Part shown: positions 1 through 15,141 of the stretch, in pieces
How the letters are laid out: the number at the start of each line of letters is the position of its first letter
Position numbering within the stretch: position 1 is the stretch's first letter
DNA from: the human T2T-CHM13v2.0 reference genome, Homo sapiens
Reading direction: 5' to 3' (one strand)
DNA length: 64,000 nucleotides
Assembly (NCBI RefSeq): GCF_009914755.1
Contig: NC_060925.1
The notes under the pieces: generated by a model
Seen by the model: only the letters and a program-made list of their open reading frames with translations
Database searches by the model: none
Told to the model about the DNA's origin: nothing
Position numbers and translations under genes: made by a program

Positions 1-254
<254 letters not shown>

Positions 255-848
255 CCAGCTAAGTACCTTTTCTGTAGCCAGCACTGGGGAAACTCCCAGG
301 GAGAGGAATGGGGAATTCCTGGGATCATGGAGAGACACTCCCAAGGGCTAGGAAAGCCTTCCATCTCTGCCTGGAATGCTTCTGAATAGGGGAGATGGCT
401 CCAGCTTGTCCAGAGAGAGGAATCTTCCTAAAGTAGAACTACAGGTAGGAGAAAAGTACTTTTGGGGGACCCATGCTGGGCACCCTCCAGGGGGGTGGAG
501 GGGAAGAGTAGGCACATCCCCCATCCCTTTAGTCTCAGCCCCTGGGAACCCACCCTGTCCCCTATCATCTCTTTTCAGATGGCCTTCTCAGACAGCCACA
601 GAAGGTCTGTGGGCAGGACCTGGGCAGAGTGGGATGGGTTAAGATCCGATGGGGTGAAGGGCTGAGGCCAGGCCCTTAACTACCATCACTGGACATTTGG
701 TTCCACCTAGTGGCCTCTGATGTTCCAACCGTTCTCACAGAGACCGGCACAAGGGGGTGCCCTTTCAGGCATTCAGTGTTTATTGAGCACCTACTCTGTG
801 TGAGGCCAAATGTGAGGTTTGATGGAGGCATATCCATGAGCATAAAGA

Positions 849-1330
849 GGCTGGGCACGGTAGCTCACGCCTGTAATCCCACCATTTTGGGAGGCTGAGG
901 TGGGTGGATTGCTTGAGCTCAGGAGGTCTAGACCAGCCTAGGTGATACAGGCAGACCCTATGTCTACCAAAAAAAACACAAAAGGCTGGGCATGGTGGCA
1001 TGTGCCTGTGGGCCCAGCTACTTGGGAGGCTGAGGTGGGAGGATCAGTTGAGCCCAGGAGGAGTTGAGGCTGCAGTGAGCCTAGATCCTGCCACTGCACT
1101 CCAATCTGGGTGACAGAGCGAGACCCTGTCTCTGAAATAAAATAAAATAAAATAAAATAAAATAAAATAAAATAAGAAGCAGAAGGTCAGGCAGGGTGTG
1201 TGCACCTGTAGTCCTAGCTACTCTGGAGGCTGAGGTGGAAGGATTGCTTGATCCCAGGAGTTCAAGTCTGCAGTGAGTATGATCATGTCACTGTGCTCTA
1301 GCCTGGGCAATAGAGCAGGACTCTGTCTCT
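849..1330 (+). mobile_element. AluJ-like with (AAAAT)n tail (849-1174) plus an Alu monomer (~1188-1330)
   Basis: Alu consensus. Confidence 0.9.
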
Positions 1331-1611
1331 GAATTTTTTTTTTTTTAAAGAGCAGAGAACTAACATTTATTCTGCTCACACGTACCAGCCCTGGGCTTGG
1401 GTCCATACTGTATTGGCACGTGCCTGTGGAGCACTGAGGATCCCACAGCAGAGACAGGACTGCCAAGTGCCTGGCCTGGTCAGTTGGCTTCTCTGGACTT
1501 CCGTTTCCACTCCTGAAAAATAAGAAGGTTGGTGTAGATTATCTCTAGCATCTCTTCCTATGTTAGAATTCTGTGAAGTCACACAAAGGAGTGGTTAAGA
1601 GTTTCAGCTTT

Positions 1612-1987
<376 letters not shown>

Positions 1988-2179
1988 TTACCTTTCAGAG
2001 TCTAGGGTAATAATATAAAGATTAAGTGACAATTATAGCAAGCGTTTAGCACAGAGTGTGGCACTTGGTGAGTGGTGATGCTGCAGATGATGGATGATTC
2101 TAGTTACCCAAATCCCCAAATAGCACACCTCTCATCTCCTCTCCTCTCCCCTCCCCTCCCCTCCCCCAACTTCCTTTCC

Positions 2180-2726
<547 letters not shown>

Positions 2727-3069
2727 TGACAGCAGCATAATGCCGTGGGAGTTGGGAGGAGGGAATGATCTGACTCACTCTGGGGCAGGTCTTCGAGTTA
2801 ATTCTCCAGTGGATTCTCCTAGGCATCGTGTGGTCCGTCCTCAGAACTGTGCCTCCCTAATGTGGCTGAGTGGATTCACTACCCACCCCATGCTTGGGCT
2901 CTGCCTCGACCTCTCCCTCCCATGCACAGCCAAAGCCGCTCAAAGCTGCTGGTTTTCCTTGACTCTGGGCTTCTCTCCATCACCCACTGCCTCCCAACAG
3001 AACCCCCGGTCTCTGCATCCTCCTGTTCCAGATTGCTAGGACCCCAGCTGCCCATCAGGGACCCCTCTA

Positions 3070-3610
3070 AAATAAGTTAGTTGAGTCATTGTTTGCCTAC
3101 TTAACAACCTGTGATATTCTCCATTGCTTATGGGATAAAATCTAAACTCCTTGGCTTGGCATACAAAGTCCTTTACAGTCCAGTTCCTCCTCTGCTGATA
3201 TTTCCAAGCTCTTTGTCCCAAGTGCCCATGCTCTCTCCCCACCTCCCTTGCACTCTAGTCCCCTCGACAGACTTGCTCTCTTGCGGGAACATCACCCACT
3301 TCCACATCACCCAGCCTTTGTGTGTGCTGTGTCTTCTGCCTAGAGCACCCTCCCTTCCCGTAGTCTGTCAGGCAAGCTCACAGCCATTTCTCGGGATCCA
3401 TTCAAATGTCACCTCGCTTGGGAGGCCTTCCAGATCCCCCCCAGATTTTCTTGGGTTCCCTCAGCATCATGACCTTTGCCTTTCATAGCATCTATCATGC
3501 TGAACTTACACATTTACTTCCTTCTCTGTACTGAAAGCTCATTGGTGGCAGAGATCCTTTACATTTTTGTATTCTGAGTGTCTGGAACACAACACGTAGT
3601 CAGTAAAGAC
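3070..3610. mobile_element. Old LINE-2 3' fragment (probable)
   Basis: gataaaatctaaactccttggcttggcatacaaag...ttcaaatgtcacctc...; resembles the L2 3' end. Confidence 0.6.
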
Positions 3611-3663
3611 GTGTTATTGCAAATGTCCACACATCTTGTGTCTGGCTCAGAATATGGTGTTTT

Positions 3664-3958
<295 letters not shown>

Positions 3959-4527
3959 TCAGATCTGGGTTGTGGGCCTTGCTCTGCCTTGTATCAACTA
4001 TGTGGCAAGTGACTGACCTCTACAAACCTCAGATTTGTGATCTGAGATTAATCAAGGGTTAATTGAGAAACCAGCTGAGTGCTAGCACCTAGTAAATGTT
4101 CAGTAAGTGACAGTGATGGTTATTGCTGAGTTTTGAATGGAGGAGCTGCCTTAGAATCAGGAGACCTGCGCCCCAGTTCCCATTCTGCCCCACCTCCCTG
4201 TGTCACCCTAGGCAGGCCACATTTCCTCCCTAGTTTCAGGGGCCTGAAGCAGATGCCCTCTTAGGGCCCCACAGCCTGACATGCCGTAGGGCCTGAGAAG
4301 CGGCGTCGTGGAGGACGAGATGTGTGAGGGCAGCAAAGAGTGCTATGTGTCCAGCAGAGGGCCCTGCCCGGCCTGTGGCCGGAGGCTGGGAGGGAGGGCA
4401 GGCGAGTGATGCCAGACGCCTGACTGGAGGCGGATCCAGCCGGCCAGCTGCCTCTCTGGAGCCCAGCTCTTGGGCCCCCTGTACTCACCTGCTCTTCCTG
4501 GGCTGGCTGTCTCCTGCTCATCCAGCC

Positions 4528-5157
4528 ATGCGGTGGCTGTGGCCCCTGGCTGTCTCTCTTGCTGTGATTTTGGCTGTGGGGCTAAGCAGGGTCTCTGGGG
4601 GTGCCCCCCTGCACCTGGGCAGGCACAGAGCCGAGACCCAGGAGCAGCAGAGCCGATCCAAGAGGGGCACCGAGGATGAGGAGGCCAAGGGCGTGCAGCA
4701 GTATGTGCCTGAGGAGTGGGCGGAGTACCCCCGGCCCATTCACCCTGCTGGCCTGCAGCCAACCAAGCCCTTGGTGGCCACCAGCCCTAACCCCGACAAG
4801 GATGGGGGCACCCCAGACAGTGGGCAGGAACTGAGGGGCAATCTGACAGGGGCACCAGGGCAGAGGCTACAGATCCAGAACCCCCTGTATCCGGTGACCG
4901 AGAGCTCCTACAGTGCCTATGCCATCATGCTTCTGGCGCTGGTGGTGTTTGCGGTGGGCATTGTGGGCAACCTGTCGGTCATGTGCATCGTGTGGCACAG
5001 CTACTACCTGAAGAGCGCCTGGAACTCCATCCTTGCCAGCCTGGCCCTCTGGGATTTTCTGGTCCTCTTTTTCTGCCTCCCTATTGTCATCTTCAACGAG
5101 ATCACCAAGCAGAGGCTACTGGGTGACGTTTCTTGTCGTGCCGTGCCCTTCATGGAG
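4528..5157 (+). CDS. GPR37L1: GPR37L1 coding exon 1 (signal peptide, N-terminal ectodomain, TM1-TM2; aa 1-210)
   Basis: ATG in context gccATGc; [20 protein letters not shown] signal peptide, RSKR furin-like site, GN in TM1; GAG|GTGAGT donor at 5158, phase 0. Confidence 0.98.
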
Positions 5158-6407
5158 GTGAGTGTGTGTTCTGTTTGAGCTCTGCTGGGAGGCTGCAATC
5201 CAGGGAAGGGACTCAAAGTCTCCATCAGGTCTTTGGAAATGGAATTTGTGGGTGTGCAAAACCTGAGTCTTGGAGCTCTGACTTGCTCCTCCTTTACCTT
5301 GGAGAAGGAGACAAATACGGTATTGGTTTCTGGTTGCTCTCAAGAGAAGTAGGCAGGCCAGGGGGACAGGCGGGTGTGTGGGGCCCCTGGGTTCCAGCCC
5401 CAGCCTGATCTTCTGCTTCGGGAGCAACCTCAAGGCAGGCCTTTGCCACTTTCTCCAGACCCTAAGCTGCCCTCTCCCTTCCTCAGCCCTTCTCCCCTGT
5501 CCCACCCAAGATACCTCTGTCCTTTGTTGTGACTCCTCTTCTTTCCTCTGTACCCCCTGCCGCTGCCCTGCTCCCACAGCTTCCTTCGCTGCTCCTCCGT
5601 CTCCTGCCTCCTGAAGGAGTGCCTGAAGGGAGAGCCCAATTTCCTTCACACCCCTCTGGATCAAGTCAGCATCCACTCCATGAGAATACAAGCACCAGAA
5701 GCAAAAGACCGCTCCGTTCTTCCCTCCCTGCTGGGATTCTCATTGTTATCGTTGTCATTTCCATCAGCAACTTCCTAGATCCTCTCTGAAAGGGATACCT
5801 GGTTCTGGGCACTGGAACTAATGGGGGGCTCTAGTCTTAGCTCTGCCACTGACATACTGGGCGTCACTGGGCAGGTTGCATTACCTCTCCAATTTCTTTA
5901 TCTCCCAACCAGGGCGGGTAGACCAGATGGTCCTTCCAGCTGGCCTGTTTCACAGTTCTAAAGTATACCACTATGCCCTTACTTCTGGTAGCGTCTACGA
6001 TAAGTCCATGGGTGTCAAAGGATATGTAGAGCATAGAGAGACAACTTAAAACACTGCAGAAACATACTGATGTGTGCATTTATGCAAGACACAGCAAGGC
6101 CACCCTCTCTCTCTCTGTAAGGCAAAATAAGCAAACAGTCTTTCAAATTTTGGCTGCATGGAGTGTAATGTAGTGACTGTGGTCTCCCTGTGAAGCTGCT
6201 GTTCCTTCGTGAATGATGCTGCATGACAAGGGGGACTTGCCTGGCCGGAGAAGGGCTCAGGATCAGCATTACGGACACAGGTCCTATTCCAAGGTCTGTC
6301 CCCACCTCACCATGTAACAATGATGATGTCATAGTTGGACAGACTCCCTGTGTCTCAGCAGTGGGTACAGTCCTTTCCTGTCCTTCCCAACCCAGGGAGA
6401 CTGACTA

Positions 6408-6773
<366 letters not shown>

Positions 6774-7190
6774 TTATCATCTTGTGCTCACGACCCAGGT
6801 GAGCTGTGCATGCTTAGACACAGGACTCTGAAATTGAGCAGACTAGATTAGAAACTGGGCTTTTCCCATCACTAGCTGTGTGATTTGGTAGATTACTTTA
6901 ACTACCTAAATCTCAATTTCCTCATTGGTAAATTGGGGATAATAATAATAATAGCTATCTGGGTGAATTCTTAAGGGATTAAATGGGTGATGTCTATACA
7001 GTGCTTAGAATTAAAATGGTATAGAGGAGAAGGGGAAAAGGGCAGACACATACGACCTCTTGTTTGCATGTGGCTGGTAGGTCAATGAACACCTGGCCCT
7101 ACCTGACTGTGGGTCCTGACATATGTAATGTCCTCCTGGGCCAGCCCCTCCACACCTCCTGGAGGATAGAGATGATCCACAGGCTGGTAG

Positions 7191-7616
<426 letters not shown>

Positions 7617-7688
7617 TGAGGAGGGAGCAGGAGAGGGCAGCTTGGAATAAAACTTGAGATATTTTTGAGATGTAAAATAGAAGGGCAG

Positions 7689-8327
<639 letters not shown>

Positions 8328-8395
8328 TCAGAGGGGGGCCACTTCCCCACACAGCCAGGTCCTGGGCTTCTCCGGACAGGGCCAGGAGCAGAAAC

Positions 8396-8400
<5 letters not shown>

Positions 8401-8440
<40 letters not shown>
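8401..8440. repeat. (TG)20 microsatellite
   Basis: Read directly; flanked by cgtgcg and cacgcgt. Confidence 0.98.
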
Positions 8441-8441
<1 letters not shown>

Positions 8442-8777
8442 ACGCGTAAGCCATGTTCCCCAAGACCATTCATCCCAGGCATGCAGATAATGGGGTGTGG
8501 GAAGTGGAAGGACCTGCAAAGATCCAGAACTTCTATGTCTTTATCTTGGTTCTTCCTTGGAGATGATTTTCCAAAGTCTGTCAGAGAGCATCAGGGTCTA
8601 TGGGAGCCAGGCCATTCATCCCCCAGCCTGAGAGGCAAAGAACAAGGGGGAAGGAGGCAGACATGTGTGTAAACCTCAGCTCCGCCATTCATCAGCAGTG
8701 TGGTCCTGGGCAATTCACTGTTCCTGCCTGAGCTTGAGCTTTTTCAATGGTAAGGTGGTTGATTGGGAATGTGATGA

Positions 8778-9226
<449 letters not shown>

Positions 9227-9311
9227 TAACTGAGCCAGAAGCCAGGTGTCCTTCCTTATCCCCATAGATTTTGACCAAGTGCTTCTCTCTTCCCTCACAT
9301 CCTGCCCACAG

Positions 9312-10127
9312 GTCTCCTCTCTGGGAGTCACGACTTTCAGCCTCTGTGCCCTGGGCATTGACCGCTTCCACGTGGCCACCAGCACCCTGCCCAAGGTGAG
9401 GCCCATCGAGCGGTGCCAATCCATCCTGGCCAAGTTGGCTGTCATCTGGGTGGGCTCCATGACGCTGGCTGTGCCTGAGCTCCTGCTGTGGCAGCTGGCA
9501 CAGGAGCCTGCCCCCACCATGGGCACCCTGGACTCATGCATCATGAAACCCTCAGCCAGCCTGCCCGAGTCCCTGTATTCACTGGTGATGACCTACCAGA
9601 ACGCCCGCATGTGGTGGTACTTTGGCTGCTACTTCTGCCTGCCCATCCTCTTCACAGTCACCTGCCAGCTGGTGACATGGCGGGTGCGAGGCCCTCCAGG
9701 GAGGAAGTCAGAGTGCAGGGCCAGCAAGCACGAGCAGTGTGAGAGCCAGCTCAACAGCACCGTGGTGGGCCTGACCGTGGTCTACGCCTTCTGCACCCTC
9801 CCAGAGAACGTCTGCAACATCGTGGTGGCCTACCTCTCCACCGAGCTGACCCGCCAGACCCTGGACCTCCTGGGCCTCATCAACCAGTTCTCCACCTTCT
9901 TCAAGGGCGCCATCACCCCAGTGCTGCTCCTTTGCATCTGCAGGCCGCTGGGCCAGGCCTTCCTGGACTGCTGCTGCTGCTGCTGCTGTGAGGAGTGCGG
10001 CGGGGCTTCGGAGGCCTCTGCTGCCAATGGGTCGGACAACAAGCTCAAGACCGAGGTGTCCTCTTCCATCTACTTCCACAAGCCCAGGGAGTCACCCCCA
10101 CTCCTGCCCCTGGGCACACCTTGCTGA
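9312..10127 (+). CDS. GPR37L1: GPR37L1 coding exon 2 (TM3-TM7 and C-tail; aa 211-481)
   Basis: cccacag|GTC acceptor; DRF motif, TPVLL in TM7, C7 tract, ends GTPC-TGA; 630+816 nt = 481 aa, endothelin-B-receptor-like family. Confidence 0.98.
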   Translation, partial: VSSLGVTTFSLCALGIDRFHVATSTLPKVRPIERCQSILAKLAVIWVGSMTLAVPELLLWQLAQEPAPTMGTLDSCIMKPSASLPESLYSLVMTYQNARMWWYFGCYFCLPILFTVTCQLVTWRVRGPPGRKSECRASKHEQCESQLNSTVVGLTVVYAFCTLPENVCNIVVAYLSTELTRQTLDLLGLINQFSTFFKGAITPVLLLCICRPLGQAFLDCCCCCCCEECGGASEASAANGSDNKLKTEVSSSIYFHKPRESPPLLPLGTPC

Positions 10128-10576
10128 GGCCCCAGTAGGGGTGGGGAGGGAGGGAGAGGCCGCCACCCCCGCCGGTGTCTGCTGTTCTTTCCCCATAGGT
10201 CTTGCTTTGTTGCCTGTCTTGCTGTCTAGGGATGGACTTGGTTCCTCTTGTCAAGGTTTGGGAATGTCAAAGCCCCCTCCCCACACAGGGCCTTTCCTGT
10301 CCCTTGTGGGGCCTTCCAACCCTGTCCTTTCCACTGGTGGGCGGTGATGCTTCTAGGTCCTTAGAACTGCCCAGAAACTCTGAGTCCCAGCAGCTGGGAG
10401 CCAGAACTTTGCCTGCCCTCCCTTGGTTCCAGTCTCTCTTCTCTCTCTCTGCCTTGGAACCTGACCATACTTTAGTTGTGCCCTTCCCAGGCATCATCCT
10501 CCTACCACCAACCTGGGGCCTCATCTTGGAATGGGGGCTCCTTGGGGCCAGCCCAGTGTGGCTCACCACACTCTTC

Positions 10577-10878
10577 TTTTTTTTTTTTTTTTTTTTTGAG
10601 ATGGAGTCTTGCTCTGTTGCCCAGGCTGGAGTACATTTGCCTGATGTCAGCTCCCTGCAACCTCCGCCTCCTGGGTTCAAGCGATTCTCCTGCCTCAGCC
10701 TCCTGAGTAGCTGGGATTACAGGTGTGCACCAACACACCCGGCTAATTTTTGTATTTGTAGAAGAGGCGGGGTTTCACCATGTTGGCCAGGCTGGTGTTG
10801 AACTCCTGACCTCAAGTGATCTGCCTGCCTTGGCCTCCCAAAGTGCTGGGATTACAGGTGTGAGCTGCCACGCCCAGC
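10577..10878 (-). mobile_element. Alu in the GPR37L1 3' UTR
   Basis: Alu consensus. Confidence 0.93.
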
Positions 10879-11058
10879 CCCAGTACACTCTTCTCTGGAC
10901 CAGATCTGTCCCAGTCCTGGATGCCTCCTCCTACTGGTGCCTTCTTTTCTTCCAGAGGATTTCTCTCTCCTTCCTCCTCCTTTCTTTGGGATCCCTGGGT
11001 TGCCCTGTCCCAACCTCCTTGTTAGGTGCTTTCCCATAGGAGGCCCTTCTTGAGAAAC

Positions 11059-11064
11059 AATAAA
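11059..11064 (+). terminator. Proximal poly(A) signal candidate for GPR37L1
   Basis: AATAAA ~930 nt after the stop codon. Confidence 0.55.
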
Positions 11065-11186
11065 CTAGGTAGAACTACCCCTATGCCCATCCACTTTCTT
11101 GTGCCACATTCTGGCAGGGCCCAGATGCAGCTGGGCCTTCCTGGCCTGGCAGTGCCTAGGAGAATTTCTCCTGACCTGGCCTGGCC

Positions 11187-11241
11187 TGTGGCTGATGTTC
11201 AGAACAGCCTTGTGGCCGATGTTCAGAACAGCCTTGTGGCC
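11187..11241. repeat. 24-bp tandem duplication
   Basis: tgtggc(t/c)gatgttcagaacagcct x2 plus tgtggcc. Confidence 0.95.
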
Positions 11242-13194
11242 CTGGCGACTCCAAGGGTTTTATGGCTTTTGAGGGACAGAGAGGATGGAGGGCTTGGGGA
11301 GCCGGAGGACCTAAGTCCTCATCCTGGCCTAAACCCCATGCTCCTTGGGAAGTCAAAAGCCTGGAAAATATCTCCTCTGGAGCCTTCATCTCTGCTATGC
11401 CCTCTCTCCACAAAGCCCCCCTTGGAGGGAGTCCAGTGGTCTTTCCTCTGTGAGCCCCAGGGCTTCCCAGCCTTTGTCACTCTGAGAGCTGCTCTTGTTC
11501 AGTTTCTTAGAATGGACTGTTTTGCCTGTAGACGGCCCAGCTGCCTGCCCTGGCCTGCCCCCACCCAGCCCCCACTGCACCACCCTTCCCGCCAGAGCTC
11601 CCACTGCCCCCGGCAGACCCTTCATGCAGCTTCTCCTGTGGGGTCTTGCCCTTGAAGTGCCACTTCCCCCAGCCCCACCTCTGGTCCCTTCCAGAGGGCA
11701 CCCTTAGCCTTGTAGGTCCCTGGGAAGCTGGCACAGCATCAACCAGAAGTGATGCCTCAGCCAGGCCACCAGTCGCTCCCCGCCTGGGAGCTCAGCTTTC
11801 CTCAGAACCACCCCCCCTGTCTGAAGCTCTGTCCTGGGTCCCACCAGACTTCTGCCCACCAGGCCTACCTACAGCATCCACATGGGGCCTCAGGAAGGGC
11901 CCCGGGGGCCCAGGGATGGGCAGGGGCAGGGTTTCCAAGCGCCTGGGGCTCCATTCTCCTCTGTCCACCCACCCACACCCCTTGGCCTCAGCCTGCCCTG
12001 TACCCAAGCTTCCCTCCCCCTCTCCTGGGGATCTTAACGGCCTTGTTCTCTCTCCCTGGCACCCACCCCCAGGGCGGGTGATGCCGCCAAGAGAGAGGGA
12101 GGCCGTTGCTAGGTGATGGCGCCGCCATGCACACACCCTTTGTGCTGGGGAGTGACACCCACCCGTTTCTCAGCAGACCTGTTGCCACGGTGACTGAAGC
12201 CCCCAGCTCTGTCTGTAGAAACTTCAGATGGGTGGGGGAGCAGGTTGGAGAGGGGACCAAAGGCAGGCCTGTCGTGCTGAAGCTCTTGGGGACCGTTTCC
12301 TCGGCATTTCCCCAACTCCTTCTCCACCCCCCTGCCAGGCCCGGAAGTACCACCAGCTTCCTAAGGGATGCAGGAAGGGGCCGGGTGAACTGAGGTGAAG
12401 TCCAGGGCAGGGGAGTCAGACCCCTCAACATCCTGTTTAGGGGTCCTCCTCCACAAAGGGTGCCCTCCACCTCTCCCTCCTGCTGGTTGGCCGGCTCAGA
12501 GATGAAGGGGGAGAGATGGTGGCTCCAAGGCTCTGCCACCGCCACCTCCCAAGCCTGCCAACGTGAATGGCTTGCAGAATCAGTCAGCAGGCCAGCGGCC
12601 TTGGGAAAGAGCCACTGTCCTCGCAGCCTGGGCCAGCTGGGGGAACAATGTAGGGTTTGTTGCTTAGGGGTCCCAGGCTTGCGGGGGGGTTGGCACATGG
12701 TGGGCAGTGGACTTGAGCTGGGATGGTCTGAGGGGGCACTGACACGCTCACCCAAGGGCAGACTTCAGACCAGCCCTCAGATCCTGATGCCAGGTTACAG
12801 GGCTGAGGGGAGCCTGAAATCCAATGGGTCTCCCTGCTCCACTTGGGAGTCACCTTCTCATCACCTATCCTGGAACTGAATGCAATTACTTAAACTCAGT
12901 CTCAGCTTCCTCATCTGTAAAATGGGAATAATCTGTCCTTCACAGAGGATTATGGTCATTTAATGAGACAAGATACATAAAGCACTTTGCATGGTGCCCC
13001 GAACCTTTTATTCCTTCCTCTCCTTTGGGAATTCAATTCTCTAGTGTTAGGAGCAGGCTTGGCCCAGGGATTCTTAAATGCATCCAGGTTTTGGCATCAA
13101 AGGGCCCCAAACATGACAATTTACCTATACTCATGGTCTGTTCCCATTCAACTTTAATAGGTTATGTGTGTTTTTTTTTTCTTAAGAGCTGGGT

Positions 13195-13600
<406 letters not shown>

Positions 13601-14993
13601 CCTGAACAAATTCTTTAAGTCATATTAGCACCTGCTGCACGCCGGCACTGTGGAAGGAGGATGCTTGCTTGCTTCCTGGTAACCAGCTCTCTTATCTCAA
13701 ACCTCAATCCTCAGTGAGGATCACAGGATCTGAGAAAGGCACCTTGGCCTGGAAACAGCCCCAGATGAGTGAGATTGCTGGTCCTCTCCCGGGATCCCAG
13801 GCCCAGGAAAACCTAGCCATGCTTGCAGTCAGGAGAGGGCAGGGGATAGAGCCCTGGCTCCCATTCAACCTCCTTAGCCAGGAGGACATGTCCCATTTTG
13901 CTTAGGAGTTGGGAGGTACCCTAGAATCACTTAGCTTCAGATGCCAAATTCCATCCACATTCTTTCCTCCAACTCTCTGGCAGTGGGGAACTGCCTCTCC
14001 AGGCAGGGAACTGCTCTGACAGGTCTGATGACTGCCTCCAGGAGGAAGCCCTGGGCACCAATGAAGGTGAGGGGCTGGAGGGCCCAGGACGGGGAGTCAA
14101 GGTCCCCACTCCCAGGACTAAGGGACAGTTTGGCTCCTTTTTCCTGCAGTGGGAGGGGTGAGAAGGGCTGGGGTGTTCTGCAAGGGCCTGCTCCATTTTC
14201 CAGGGTGAAGGAGAGGCCGAGGGAGGTGGAGCGGGAGGAGGTGGGGCTTACTGTGAAACTGGGTCAAGATGGCCTCGGATTTGAGCAGGCAGGGTCACCA
14301 GGCTCTGAGGCAGCAGCTGTGAGCAGTGCCGAGGGAGGACCAGCTCTGACGGTGAGGTCGGGTGGGGGACTAGAATCCAGCAGAGGAGCGAGGGCAGGGC
14401 TCCTACCAGGAAACCCATAGCATTGACACTAACTGAGAGGCAGCAAAGGCGGTGACACTCCCCCAGGCTCTGTGGGCCCAGCCCTACCCCTGAAGCACAG
14501 TTAACTGGTTCTGGGGTAGGAACTGGGGGCCGGAGGGACAGGGTTCTGGTTCTGGCTCAACCTTGGCTGCTGGTGAGATCCAGGGCCTGGGAAAGAGGGG
14601 CTGAGGCCTGAACTGGGCCTAAGGAGAGTGCAGCTCAGTTCGCACACAACAGCACCCAGCCCTGTCCCCTTGCTGCCTCTACCCAGCCCTGGGCAGTTCC
14701 CTCAACAGAGCTCTGCAGCCCCAAGTGGCAGCTGCTGGCTCAAAGCTGGGACTACATGAAAGTCTGAAAAGAGAATGAGAAGGAGGTGGCGCAAGAGCCT
14801 GGACGCACGTGTGGGAGGCCGTTTTGTGCAGCGCCATTGTGCTCCCCGGGCGGGCATGTGCTCGCGCTCCGTGGCTCTGTTGGTGCCCAGCGTGCGGGGG
14901 TGTGCTGGTGGCCCTGTGGGCCTGTAGGGCAACCCATGCCAACTGCGGAAAAGTAACCAGCACCATACACCCCCCCCAACACAAAACTGGTCA

Positions 14994-14999
14994 TTTATT
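14994..14999 (-). terminator. ARL8A poly(A) signal
   Basis: TTTATT on + (AATAAA on -), ~1.04 kb past the stop, followed on - by GT-rich sequence (tttgtgttggggggggtgtatggtg). Confidence 0.8.
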
Positions 15000-15122
15000 T
15001 TTTTTGTTGTCATTGTTATTAGGAAGCAAAAAAATGTACAGTTACAAGAATCATTTTCCAAACAGAGGTTAAATATGAGCTGAAAAGTGTAAAAAAGGAA
15101 GAGGAACATCACTTTACAAATC

Positions 15123-15141
15123 ATTAAATTAAACAAATAAA
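15123..15141 (+). terminator. Distal poly(A) signal cluster candidate for a long GPR37L1 3' UTR
   Basis: ATTAAA 15123-15128, ATTAAA 15128-15133 and AATAAA 15136-15141. Confidence 0.55.

Noticed and set aside
700-716. CTCF-like motif (GGCCACTAGGTGGAA on -); a weaker one at ~16923-16940
   Set aside because: Mismatches to the core; cannot be supported without ChIP data.
9830-10069. Antisense ORF with polyQ
   Set aside because: Mirror of the GPR37L1 (TGC)n tract; no independent gene structure.
11026-12879. ORFs of 140-255 aa between GPR37L1 and ARL8A
   Set aside because: GC-rich UTR/intergenic sequence with no domain similarity or splice framework.
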